A stretch of 64,000 nt of DNA, taken from NCBI GenBank assembly GCA_964019425.1, contig OZ025781.1:1550001-1614000 (forward strand), in the 5' to 3' direction. Position 1 is the stretch's first letter, and each line of letters starts with the position of its first letter. Below are positions 1 through 13,288 of this stretch, in pieces. Source of the stretch: Flectonema sp. DT1601 (Eukaryota). Made by a program: the position numbers and the translations under genes. The notes under the pieces are model-generated. The model was not told the DNA's origin and made no database searches. It worked only from the letters and a program-made list of their open reading frames with translations.

Positions 1-2976
1 GCTGATATAGAATCCATCAACAGGATAACTGATGTTTTACTTAAAAAGATTAAAGGCGGTTGTACCAGTTTAGGAACAAAATCCGTTCCTATTGTTGCTG
101 CTCCTGGAACTAGTTGTCAAGTAGCATTTGTGTTATTGGTATTATCACTTCATGCGGCTGTGTTGGCATCAGTCTCTGCAAGTTTAGATCCAAATCATGA
201 TTCACAAAGATTGTGTACTGCCATTGATAATGTTGTTCTGCATGCTCATACACACGCTACGATGTCTGTTTTTGTTGGTTGTCCAGTTTTCAGCGCATTC
301 ATGGCTGAGCTTCGACCTACTGCTGCCAGTGAGATATTCGTTACAATAAGAGATGCTGTGTGGCACCTACTCTCTCTGTCTGATTATGTTGGAGGTTCAT
401 CTGACATCTCACCATCAACTCTCATTAATATGATGAGTACCGCTCCTATTCAGATAATTCCATTCTTAAGAGATTTACTTAGCGTTGGTAACTCTGAATT
501 ATCAAAAGAAGTTCAGGGTCTGGTTGTTACTCACCTACACGCTATTGCTAAGTTCGCGCACAGTGATCAAAACACTCCATCAAATTTCAATGACGTGTCG
601 AGAATGATTGAATTTCTTTCTGGAGAGGACCAACGTAACTTCATTAGTTACATTTATAAAAGTGTCGCTCAACCGAACGTAACAGGTCTGAGTGTGCCAT
701 GTTGGTATGAAGTACCTGGACTGCCATGTGATCCAGCTATCGCTTACTTGTTTTTATCTGCAAAAGCGTTAGCTCAAAACGGATCTCCTGTTCATGTTGC
801 AGCAGCAGTAGCGATTATGCCTCCTGTTGAACGATTACTCAGTGGAATACCAATGTGGACAACAGAAGACTGGGATCTCCTAATGAAAGTTAATAAATGG
901 AAAGTTGAAAGTTCTATTGATAAATGCAGCAAACCAGTTCATTTAGTAAGCTCGTCAGAAGCCTTTCAAAGCGACAGAAGCACCCGATGGGACTTTGCTG
1001 CCAGAACAGTTCTGCAATGTCCAGATCCTAAAGAGCTTGAACAGAGATTATCACTCTTTGTTGATGCGGCATTACAGGCTGGTGGTAGAGCTATGCAGAG
1101 ATTTTTGATTATGAACTGGTCTCCTGTTCTCCGATCACCTATTAAATGTGAGATTACTTCCAGTGGAAATGTAGGAACTGAGACAACGATAACAATTAAA
1201 TTACCATCAAACAGAAAACAGATAACTGACTGTTGTCTAATTCTATCACCTATACCGACTGGTTACATGACTGGTTCAGGAATGGGACTAAATTTGAAAA
1301 TAGGTCAGAACGCGGAGCAAGTCCTTGGAAGTTTTATAAAAGTGTGGACACAACCAGGGATTGACACGTACGAGTTATCATTCACAGCTGTGTTACCCGA
1401 CGCGTCACCTAATGAGTTACGAGAATTTAACATTATCGTTGGTTATCCTGGAATGTTACCATCGGTTCTCTGTTGTAGTTGCACACCATCATCACCTGTT
1501 TCACCGGAACGTAACTATGCACATTCATTGCAACCTGACGTTATTATTTCTCGATTGTTGTGGTCGAAGGGTGCTGACAAAACTATTCACGAACTCATCA
1601 CACGCGATAACGTTCCGAATTATTATATTATGTTAGTTCAGGTGTGTTGAATGATCTTTTTACTTTTTTTTTTCCTTTTTACGGAAGGTGTTATGTCTGG
1701 AGCAACCCATTAAAACAAAAAAAACAAAAAAAAAAACAGTTCCTCGTCCACAGAAACGAATTCCGTTGCGCAGCGAGAGTAAACTACAGAATAGCTGAAA
1801 GGATAAGGTTTGATAATTTATTATTGTTTATAATGTGAGAAAGATATCAATATCCAAATTATAATAAATGAAATTTTCATTTTTTTTTGTGCGCAACTGG
1901 TACAACAACAACAACAACAACGATCATAACAATCATAACAACAACAACGATCATAATAATCTCCAAAACAGAAACGCTCCAAGAGCTGATATCTATGAAC
2001 TAGAAGTAGCATGTAATGCCTTGGTACTCACAAAGATGACTCTGAAATCTGGTGGATTTGATTCATTCTGTCTGGAGGGAGATGATCCAACACGTCAGTC
2101 TCGCGATACTTCGAATTCAGAAATAGTAACTCTCAAAGATCTGGATAACAGACGAGCTTGCCTCCAGGCTGAACTAGCATTGTTGAAACACAATTCTGGA
2201 ACAGCAATCACACGTATGTTGATATTATTATTACTTTTTTGTTGTTGTAAAAATGTATTTCATACCTATTTTAATTAACCCTGTAAATCACAAAAAAAAA
2301 AATAAAAACAGCTCTCCAACTCCAGCAATGTCCTCAAGTTGAATTTCTCAACATGCTCGTAAAACGTAAATTATTCACCCACGCGGTATGAATTGTTTTT
2401 AGTTATTTTAGTATAAAATCAATTGTAATAAGAAAGTATTTCATGTACTTATATAACACAAAACAGGCTGACTTTGCTGAAGCTAGAAATCTCGATATGA
2501 GCAGTGCGTTCACAGAAGCAACAGCAGCTTGTGTTGAAGTTGATAAGAGTAACGTGAATAGAATTGAGAAACACCGTCTTTGGGATGAGATATCTAAATT
2601 ACTAACGCAGCACTCAACGGAGAAGGTTCAGTGGAAATTTCATGTTTGTGTGATGGAAGAGTCGTTGAGACTTGGTACCGTACCTCCAAGTAAAGTTATT
2701 ACACAATTATCATACAACAGACCTGATATGTGTCTCAGAGCTTTTATTGCTGACGGTGCTGACTTTTCATTAGAAGCAGCAGCAAGCTTAGCAACTCAAT
2801 ACTTACACTGGTCTAACTCTGGTTGTGTGTCAGATGAATTTGCATCTGGTCGTGTGGTTCCGGTGTCGCTATTGGATTTTGCTACGGAGACATTTAAACA
2901 GCGATTAGCTGTTGGTGGTCTCTCTGATAATGTTGTTATTAAATTAAAAGAGTACTTATCATCATGGAGTCAATGA
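1..2976 (+). CDS. Nucleoporin Nup160/Nup120-like, C-terminal part (5' end outside window); exons <1-1641, 1740-1807, 1972-2213, 2312-2385, 2467-2976
   Basis: The frame is open from base 1. Four GT-AG introns (1642-1739, 1808-1971, 2214-2311, 2386-2466) join the ORF pieces in frame. The spliced sequence PNYYIMLVQFLVHRNEFRCAARVNYRIAERIR...IVTLKDLDNRRACLQAELAL...MLVKRKLFTHA resembles the Nup160 C-terminal solenoid motifs NYYxxLYAFHxxRxNYRKAAxxMY, IxELEDLEKE and LLVQAGLFDTA. Confidence 0.7.
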
Positions 2977-3440
2977 CATCAAATATAGTAGTCATGGATA
3001 CTTAACGAAGGTGAGCATCTTATCTGGAGACTCTATTCTGGTGGGATCATTTTGACCTACTTTTCTGCATCATTACGTACTGGCAATCAGGTTTTGCAGC
3101 TTCTTAGCCGCCGTTATTATTAACTAGTGTACCGACTAAAGTGTTTGCCCCCATTTTTTCATGGTAGCTTCTGCCATGCATACGTCTCCCCCCCCTAGAT
3201 GTTCCAGTTCATGTTTTCTTCGTAAATGTTCTTCGCCAGGGATCAATTGTCAGTTTCAACAAACCAAAAGGTTGGTTGAAGAAATTCTTTTTTTTTCAAA
3301 AAGTATGATTTACTTTATTGCTGGTACTTTATTTGTACAGGTCGTTGAATGAGAGAAGGGTGAATTAATAATTGTATTCTAAAAAGTGTGTCGAAAGTCT
3401 TATACACTATAAAATTATTTTCCTCTGCAGGGTGCTCAAT

Positions 3441-6416
3441 ATGGAGTCGGGTGACCGCACGTCACTACTCCGCTCCAAGAGTTGTTTAGAGCCTCATGAC
3501 TATGGAAGTGATCAGCTGAGAGCAATGCACCCAGATTCTGATGACCATACATTTCAAGGATTGCCTGTTATAAAAAATGATCATTTACGAATCTCGCTCA
3601 CTCCATCCATGACATTCAATGATATGAATGAAGTTAACACCGCTTTTGCGAAAAAATCATCGCAGCATGCCCTCCTAAACATTGAAACCCTATCACGTAC
3701 CCAATCACAAATGCTTATGGTACTTCTTTATGTGAGTCTACTAGTGTGTACTACTGGCAGTATAATTGACTACTTTTACATGTGGGAATGCACTAATATT
3801 TGCACACCAGAAAAATATCATACCCAAAACGGTTGTTCTTTTGAAAGCAGTGAGTGTATGGAAATGCACAACACCAGCATAACATGGTCTGGAGGTATAA
3901 ACGGATTGACTAGACTGAATAGGTTTATGCACATGACATTCATATTAGACAATCCTAATCAAAATAGATCTAACCATACTCCAATAGTATCAATAAAACA
4001 ACTTGAGTTCCGACAAATAGCTTATACCCATCCAAACTCTGATCCTTTTAATAAAACTTTTTGGCTTCCTTTAAGTTGTACGTTTGGTCAATCTCGGTGT
4101 TCAACCCTTCAATTACCAGTATCAGATTTGCCTTGGTCAGATGCATACAACACTTCTATAACTTTATTGAACCCTCCTGACTCTGTGAATGATACTGCAG
4201 ACTCTGTCAGTATTATATTTCAGTACCAAAAAGATACTTACACTATGTTTGAATTAGTACTAAGATGTACTTTAGTGGGAATAACAATATTCAACATGTT
4301 CAGTTTCATAAGACTACTACGAAAGTGGGGAGGTCGATGGCTGACTGAACAACAATATATATTAGCTTCATATGTTTTTTTATTGTTGTATTTGGACCCA
4401 TTTTATCCATTGGCGACCTTTGATACCCGGAGTTCAACAGGCGACGGGTTTTGGGCAGTTATTCAATTCTTGGAATTTCATTGTTCAACTTATTTCTTTT
4501 TATTTATTCAAATATTTGTTGTAGTAATTCTTACTTCAGTAAGACGAACTGATGGTACTGTCTCTACAGCAACACATGTAGTGTGTGTATTGTGGTTTCT
4601 CGCGATGGTAACGATCGATCTTTTAATAGCTCTCAGAGAAAAAGACAGTACCAGCGACTACTCTTCGACCTTTGTCTGGTTTATGTTCACACATAATGTG
4701 AAAGATTTCAGTTTTACAAGTGGATTTCTTTATTTTACCGCATTGTTTCTTGAAGTTGGATGGCTATGTTGGTTGATAAGAGGAATTTTCCNNNNNNNNN
4801 NNNNNNNNNNNNNNNNNNNNNNNNNNNNNNNNNNNNNNNNNNNNNNNNNNNNNNNNNNNNNNNNNNNNNNNNNNNNNNNNNNNNNNNNNNNNNNNNNNNN
4901 NNNNNNNNNNNNNNNNNNNNNNNNNNNNNNNNNNNNNNNNNNNNNNNNNNNNNNNNNNNNNNNNNNNNNNNNNNNNNNNNNNNNNNNNNNNTTTTGACAA
5001 ACCTTTGCGACACCTTGAAGATGCTCTTTTCAGTGAAGGATATAAAGGATGTCCGAGATTGTTTTTCTGTCTCGATACCTGCACTGAAATGCTTAATATT
5101 TCATATAGAACTTACTTTGAGCCCAACAATAATGAGAAACTTGGACTCAGAGGGCCATTCATCAATAGACTACTAACTGACTCCCTAACATCTGTAGTAT
5201 TAGGAGCTGTAGTTGCTTACTACTGTGTGATTGATTGGAGAGATAAAGTTGGAGACGTTGATGTAGAGTCTGTCCTGACGGATACATCAGCATCGAATTC
5301 TGTTAGAAGATCAAGTTCTCCATTCAACAGACTACGTGGTAAGTTTACAAAAGCCAGAAGTTATGATTCTCTCGATGGTACTTGTCAGAGTCCTTCAGGT
5401 TCACCTTCTAATTTACCACCACGTGAGAAAGATGAAGGAATAGAACTTGAACAGTATGGATACTACATGTACGATTGTATCCAGGTTGGAGGTTCTCAAG
5501 TATTAATATCCCTCCCTCAGGGTGAAATAGATTCAGTTGATCATATCGTCATCTGCTTTAGAGGTACCCACAGCAAAGAAGACGCACTAACTGATTTAAA
5601 TGTCATACGACGTCCATGGCCAGAAATGACTAGAGTCACTGATGAGTTGTATTGTGGAATGTGTTCACGTCTTCCACTTCTTCATTCTGGTTTTATGGAA
5701 TTATGGGACACCTTAAAGCCTTACGTGTTTGAATCTACTGATTCACTCTTACGTATTCTCTCTGATGCTGGAACAACAAATCCAAGAATATATATCTCAG
5801 GTCACAGTTTAGGAGGTGCAATAGCATGCCTGTGTGCTTACAGTATGACAATAGAACAACAACGACTCCCTGTGGTGTATACTTTTGGGTCTCCAAAAAT
5901 GGGTAATCGTCGTTTTCAGAGACTGTACAATGCTGCGGTACCAAACACATTTAGAGTTGTTAATGAACATGACGTGGTAGCTCATTGGGCTTTGACTTGT
6001 GGAAATTTTCATGTGGGACATGAAGTTTGTGTCACTGTTGGAAATTTATTAGTTGAACCAACTTGGATTGAACAGACCTTCCAACCTACAAAAAAAGGTT
6101 CGGTAGCTGAACGATTTCGACAACACCAACTTTCTGGCTACGCTAAAAGTATAAATTCCCTTTGCGAGAAATACGGAACTAATAAGAGATGTCTTGACGT
6201 ATGTAATCTTATCCTATTACTTTTTATTAATAGCATTCAGGGTTAGTATAAAAGCAACAACAACAACAACAACAGGGATACACAGAAACAGAAATCACGA
6301 TTGATGTACCGCAAGTAGAACTGAATCAATTTCAATTCATCTCTCCGGTAGCAAACATGGTCAAAGCTTTGCGTAATAAAGACAGCGCAGAACGAGAAGA
6401 GAACGCAATGTTATGA
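3441..6416 (+). CDS. Multi-pass membrane protein (TMEM181/Wntless-like N-terminal part) probably fused to a class 3 lipase; interrupted by assembly gap; last intron 6199-6275
   Basis: ATG at 3441 follows a pyrimidine-rich acceptor (ttttcctctgcag, 3430). YTMFELVLR...WLTEQQYIL...LLLYLDPFYPL resembles TMEM181. After the gap come the lipase-3 motifs ICFRGT, LHSGF, ISGHSLGGA, YTFGSPKMGN, RVVNEHDVV and HVGHE. The final exon 6276-6416 is in frame. Continuity across the N gap is inferred. Confidence 0.7.
4792..4991. other. Assembly gap (200 N, probably a placeholder length)
   Basis: Run of exactly 200 N. Confidence 0.99.
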
Positions 6417-7396
6417 ATCGCGGCTAGGTAGCTATAAATAGAGACGGCATTCTTCGATTTTTATCGTTTTTTTGTAGCTGCTTTTTTTCCGTACCTGGAA
6501 ACATTAATAACATCTCTCTTTCAGGTGTTTTTATGTTTCAATTACTATTTCCGTTGTTTTTTATTGTCAGCAATAAAAATAAAAAACAAAACAACAAAGA
6601 CAGCTGTTTTTGAACCCTTTTTGTGATGCTTGTCGCAATTTTAGTTTTAGATTTGATTTTTTTCCCCCCTTTTTTTTGTTTGATTTGCTATTTGGTGTGT
6701 AAGGTCGTTTCTTTATGAATTATCCTTGATCTTATATTATACCGTAATACTTAACATTGCATACACGCTCTTTCAGATGTCTTCTGATGGGGAGACATAT
6801 GGGTTTTGATATGTGGTTTCGCTCTGGCCATTAAGTCACCAGTCTGGAGATGGATGTTTTTACTGTCTCATGGTGCTGTATGGCTGCTTCTTCTTTCGAA
6901 CGGTTAAAGAAGATATGTTTTTTTTTTTTTTTTTTTTTTCTGTTTCGATCAATTACGAGGGACACATCAAATTCCTGTTGTTAATACAGATGTTTTTTTT
7001 CTTTTTTTTCTTCTTTTTTTTTTACTCACGCTGTCATTGAGTGTGGTTGTTGTTTTCTTTGGAATTAACATTAGTATTGAAACCAAAGAGATTGTTGGTA
7101 GCACACGTAAACCTCCTTTAGCTGTATATCAGTTTTAAGTCTGTTCACAGTTAACAAGATATTTCGGTAGTATGTCACTATTTTCTGTATAGATTAAGTT
7201 AAAACGAATTCATTTTGTGTGGTGTTGTTGCTTAAACCATGGAAAAGTATTGTAGTATTCATCACTGCTGCTTCCATTGTGGGTTTACCAAGCGAATGTG
7301 ATGTGTGTGTTTGCCTGTAACATCATAACTGCAAAGAGCAGGGGAGGAGTTTGCGAATACCAGATATTTTATTATTATTATTGTTTCTTTCAATCG

Positions 7397-7432
<36 letters not shown>

Positions 7433-7952
7433 ATAATATTATTGCAATACAAAAAAAAAAAAAAAAAAAAAACGCAAACCATCAACCCATGAAAACTATT
7501 TTGCTACTCTATATTAATCATCTTTAATTCTCTTTTTTTTTTGCGAATAGAGCTACGATCATGAATTCCTTAAAGAGTAGCACAATGATATTCTCTAAGG
7601 AACAGTTTATACTAACGGCACTGATTGAGTGATGGGTTTTTTGTATCTTTCCGAAACTTCAGATAGCTAGTAGTCGACTGCATTTATTTTGTCTTTTTAT
7701 TTTATAACAATCGCTAACACACACTTTTTTTTCCTTTTTTTTTTTTTTTCGGATTATTTTTATTCTCGGTATTCTCTGGTACGTAATTTCTGCTAAGATC
7801 AGTACGTAATAAAAAGTTTGTAAACACTTATCTTTCACAGGCTTCACATGTCAGGGTAGCTGTTTTTTTTTGTTTTTTTTATAAAAATACTGTACCTGAC
7901 ACAATCTCATTACATTTTTAAAACAGCACATTACTTTACAAACTACTAAAAA

Positions 7953-10900
7953 ATGAGTGGTGAACCTTTTGCAGTAGCCATGGAGGTTATCCCTGACCAT
8001 GGAGAACGTATGAAAAAAGCAGCCATGCTAGGAAAAGAAGGAGGTGCCAACATGGAACAGTTCTTCTCTGGAATCCTGGACGAAAATGCTTGGGTTACTA
8101 CCTATGGTATTGTTGCTGCTATGGCAGCAAAAAGAGTTGACTTACTTCAAAATGTTATTTACAAACATCCTTCTTGGTTAGTCAGATCAAGAGCCGTTCA
8201 GACATTGGCAAAGCTTGACCAGGTTTGTACTCATCCGTGTGTTTTCACAGCTATTCTCTCTTATCATTTAACGATTAATACAATACAGGAACGTACTGCT
8301 GCTGTTATGATGAATCCAGAGTCACCAAAACAATTAAAAACTGTTGCATTAGCTGCCCTTAGAATATGTTCTGATGAAATATTAGAATGTATTGTCTCAG
8401 ACCCTAGCTGGGGTGGAATATCTGAAGCTGTAACACTCTTGGACAGGACGAAGAGAGGAAACAACTCAGCGGTGATGAAAAAATGGCTTGTTAAACTGAT
8501 GTCAATGAGCACTCTCAGCAGTGCACCAAAAGAAGAAGCACAGATTTACCAAGGTATCGCAGCTAAGTATGGAGAAGTGATGCTTCAATTACTTAGAGAA
8601 CAAACAGTTCTTGGAAAGGAATGGTACAGAGCCTGCATGGTTTTGTGTAAAGACTTTCCTGATCAAATGCTTCAAATCTTAGAGTCTAAGAAATCTCAAG
8701 GATCAGCCATTTGGTACATCGCAAGACCACTCATCCGCTACAGACCAACTCAGGTAATCACGATCCTCGTAGCGAGGGGTACCATCGATGACGCTTTCTT
8801 ACGTTGTGCCAAAAAGGTCTGGGCACACAACACTCACAGACAACAGTTCTTAGACGGAATTGCTGACATCCTGAAGCAGAATAAAAGGGTTTCAAAAACA
8901 AGCAAACGAGGCTTAAACCGCTTGTTGCGCAGCTTAAAAAAGAAACCTGAACGTAAAGTAGGAGAAATCTTACTTGACATCTTATGCTATGACAGGTTAA
9001 AAACAACAGTTTTTGGATGTGATCACTTGATTAAGACGACAGCTGATACCTACGACACTGAAGTCACTAAAGATCAACTAGCGAACTTTATTATTGTCCA
9101 ACTGAACTTCAAACACATTCCGCTCTTTGAAACTCTAAAAGGAGACAAGTACACAGCCTTAATCAACGCTGCCTGGGAAGAAGTCGAAAAAGACTTTCCA
9201 GAACTAGTGGAAAAGACCTTCACCTATGTATGTGCGTCCGGTAACCCTGGAAAACTTATTCCGAAAACGTGCGCTATTTACGATAAGTTTTACAAGTTCC
9301 TTGAAGAGTACGTTGATGGACAAGAATACCCTGAGCTACTAGCTATTCAAAAATGCAACTGCCTTGCCTTCCTTCCTTTCCACGACGTCAAAGAGCGCAT
9401 CGTTTTCTTACTCTCCGACAGAGATGTTGGCATTAGAGAGATAGGTCTTAAATTCTACTGGGAATGCGGTATCGCTGTTGGTGATTTAAAAAGCACTCTC
9501 GAAGTACTCCGCTTCCTCGAAAAACGACTCAAGAAAGAACAAGACGAAATAAAGCAAACAATCATTCCAAAGATTCTCGAACTACACCCAACGAAATTGC
9601 TTTCGGACGCAGCACCGACATTGGAATTGTTGTTTAATGTAACTCTGAAATGGGGTAAAGGTCCTTGGGTAGATGGCTGGCTCAGATGGTGTGCCTGTAC
9701 TTGGATGCAATACTCTGCAATATCACCAAAACCCGAAGACCAAATGCTCATGCTATCAACACAGATTGTAACTCAGCTTTGTGCTGCAGAACATACTAAT
9801 CTTGAATCTGTATTTCAAATCTTTGCAGACCACTTGCGGCAGTTAATTTTTGACGCAAAGATCGCAAAGAAAGCGGATACCCCACCAGAGCTTAAAAGCA
9901 TTGATGAGCCTGGTATTGACATCTGTCTCTCTCATTTAGCTGAAATATTAGAGGAGTTTGGAAACAATTGGAGTGCCTCTTATTGTATGTACAGCGAAAA
10001 TAGTCCTGACATTGTGAAGGAACAATATCAAACTTTTAACACCTTTGCTGGTTGTTTTGTAACTCTCGAAAAATCATTGTTTCACAGAAGTGAGAGAATT
10101 CAGAACTTCTGTCAGGTGTTACTAGAAAAAGTTGTATTTGATGGAGGTAAAAACCTTCAAATCCCAGCTACTCTAATTTCATTGTCTTCATCGCGTAACA
10201 GAGCGGAGTTTCTTGATTGGGGAGTATTCAGGAAGTTAATGACGAGATGCTTAAAATACATTGAAGTAGCCGCATCTAAGATCAACTGGGCCATTGTAGG
10301 CTCCACCAAGGAACGTGCAGCCACCGCAGCTGAAGAATTCTTACGATCATGTCCAATGATGTCAATGTCTCACGTACAAGGTTTTTTCAGGGCAGGAATC
10401 AAGTCAGATCTTGCAAGACACCTTCTTGGATGGACAGTTCCATACGCAGATTTAATGCAAATTGCGGCATCAGCATACACCAGTGGTGTTAGTGGTTGGA
10501 CTAAAACACATTCTTCATGCACAGCTGAGGCTAGGATTATTAAACATTTGGAATGGATGCCTAATCTTGTTGACATCCTCTTAATGGATGCAAAAGGACA
10601 ACACAACAGCCGCAGAATTCTTCAAAATATCGGCTACCCAACAGAGTTTACTAGTCAAGCTCAAGTATTAATTGCTAAGAAATTCATGTCCCAGTGCAAC
10701 CGCGATACTTCTTCGTATCTGATTACAGGTGCAACACACTGTATTTCAAAGAAACTTCAGAAAACAAAAGTTCGTGCAGCAGATGTCGGTGATAACAAAT
10801 CACGTCCAAGATTCAGATTTCAGAGGGGAGCAAATAGTCAACTTCGTAAAGATAAGACAAAACAAAAGAAAAATAAGAACCGCCTTGACTCCGCTAACAC

Positions 10901-13288
10901 CAATCCACAAATTGGTTCAATCGCTGTAGAGATGCTCAAGGTGCATGCGAAAAAGTTTGCCTCTGTATCCGATCTGCCAGAGTTGCTGTCATTGATTAAA
11001 ACTTTGCTGCAGCCAAGGTATCCAACAAAGACGATGTCTGATGTCGCAGACGCAGCTATTGAACATTTATTCACATCCATGAAAGCTATTACAAAAGCTC
11101 AGAAAAGTACTTACCATTTATATTCGTATTACTTTAGTCATCTTGAAGACGCAATTACAAGAAAACCAGAGCTGCTTAGGTTCTTTCAAGAAAATATTAA
11201 TTACAATATCAGTGGTATTGTTGACATTCTATTGAAACCAATGCACACAAGAAAGATTCACGCTAACCTGATGTTAACAAAGGGATGTGGCAGTCTTACA
11301 CCTACTGAGTTATTCACGAATTCAATAACTCTTCAGAAATACGCTATTGAACACCGTCAAGATGTTATCCCAGGACTCTTGCAGTCAAAGATAGAGGACT
11401 ACTCTGGATTTGTTGGTTACTGCTCCGATCCTCGATTTAGTGGGCAAACTACCCAAGGAGCTGATCGCTTATTCTGTCTTAAGCCATCTGTGCAGTCAGT
11501 GCTGTGGAAAAAATTAACATACCCTGAGCCTTCATTCGAAAACTACTTCGAAGGATATGAATTAAAAGTTTGGTTAGGAGCAAGCTTGAACTGCCCGGAT
11601 GATATTCCTTCTTTAGACGACAACGAGCATCCATTTCGTAAATTGCTTGCCAAGTCACTGGAAGAGGCAGCACTTCTAGAGGAGATTAAGGTTTGTGTTG
11701 TATAAAATGTTTATCGTTTTTATTTGCCACCTTTCCACATACGGAAGCAAAAACAAAAAAAAAAAAAACAGAAAAAAGCCCGCGAGGGTGTCGAGAAAAA
11801 CCAAGTTGTCGAACGTTCCCAGGAAGAGATCGATCAAGAGACAAAGGTTTCCAAATTCACTCAAATTCACACTGAGCTACTTAAGGCTATCTGTGCATAC
11901 GATAACCACAAGCAAGCCCTTCACTTATTAAAGGAACACTTAGACTGTGGTGTAGCTTGCAAAACAGTCATCCCTTCAGTTTCAATGTCTCTTGCCTGCG
12001 TGTCACCAAACGATGCTTATGAAGTGCTTGATGAAATCCTAGGAAGAAAGGACACCAAGGTATTTTATCAAATCTTTATTTTTTTAAAGAAGAAATAAAA
12101 GTAAATAATAACATAAACCCATAAAACACATTACAGGTATCAGCAAGGCAGCAGCTTTCTAGAGCAGTTGTCAAACTGCTAACCAGCGACAAGGCAGACT
12201 TGTTAATTAGACAAGAATGGAGGGATGATTCTTGGATCGTCGTTGATGATAAACCAGACCCACCAGCAGACAAGGCCGTAAAGGTTGCGATTATTTGTAG
12301 TTTAGTGGGTTCACCAATCCTCAGACAATTACCTAAACTCTGGCACACCATTGAGTCAATCGGTCAAAGTGAGGATCTCAGTGAGGAAAATCGGTATGCT
12401 TTCTTGTTCTTAAAAACATAAGTCTTTTTAGAAGGTAAACAAAAATCAAACAAAAAAAACAGCTACATTGCAAAGGAACTTCTTTCTGCACTTGCAGGAT
12501 CAAATGGAGTGGCGACATTGAATTTAGAGTCCTGGCCATATTGTGGTATGGTTGGACTGCCAGAGCTCTGCTCAAAGTTCATCATTAGAAAGTCGTTGGA
12601 ATCGATTTCTTCCATCGCATTAGAACGTTGGTTAGATTATATTGTCGCAGATCCAACGTACGTCCTCAACCATCAAGACGCTGAGGCTGTACTTGATGGA
12701 ATCCAACAATGTGGAAACTATCCAAATTTACTCTCTAAGGCTATTCTGACCCTGTACGAGAGAGGATACACCAATGCTTTCTCACGAACAGTCTCAAAGC
12801 AAGTTGATTGCCTTCAGCAAGCAGTCAGAAACCAAGACCTCACCTCTGTCACTGAGGCGCTCTCATTCTTTAATACGTTTGGTTCTACTCCTTCGAAAAG
12901 TTTAATAAAATGTCTGAAAGGTTCTTATGAAGCTGTTGATCTCTTGATTAAGAATAAGATGACTACACCAAGTGCAATCCAAATACTAGGATCACTCTTA
13001 CAGGCATCTGCGGAGGACCACATGGACTACGTCGTTAGAATTTTCCGTAAGATTGGTTGGGAGCAAACAGTTCTAATGAGTGATTTAATGGACACACTTA
13101 ATGTTAATCCAAGACTGACTGAATACGTTCTTGATAACTTGACTAGTGATTGTGACATGACTAGATACGTGTGCTTGTTGATAGCTTCGGAAGATTCATC
13201 AAACAACAAAAAAATCATCGCACTTGTCGACGACCCAAACGATCACATTTCTTCACTGGCAGTTTCAGCGTTGGTCCAGTCCTTTTGA
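7953..13288 (+). CDS. Large (~1680 aa) uncharacterised helical/HEAT-ARM-like protein; exons 7953-8222, 8289-11690, 11772-12059, 12137-12393, 12463-13288
   Basis: Four ORF pieces are joined in frame by GT-AG introns 11691-11771, 12060-12136 and 12394-12462, plus a probable in-frame intron at 8223-8288. Leu/Ala-rich helical composition with HEAT-like segments (WLVRSRAVQTLAKL, LLSDRDVGIREIGL, LVDDPNDHISSLAVSAL). Confidence 0.75.

Noticed and set aside
1868..1971. Poly-Asn N-terminus of ORF 1868-2278
   Set aside because: It is the (AAC)n-rich 3' half of intron 1808-1971.
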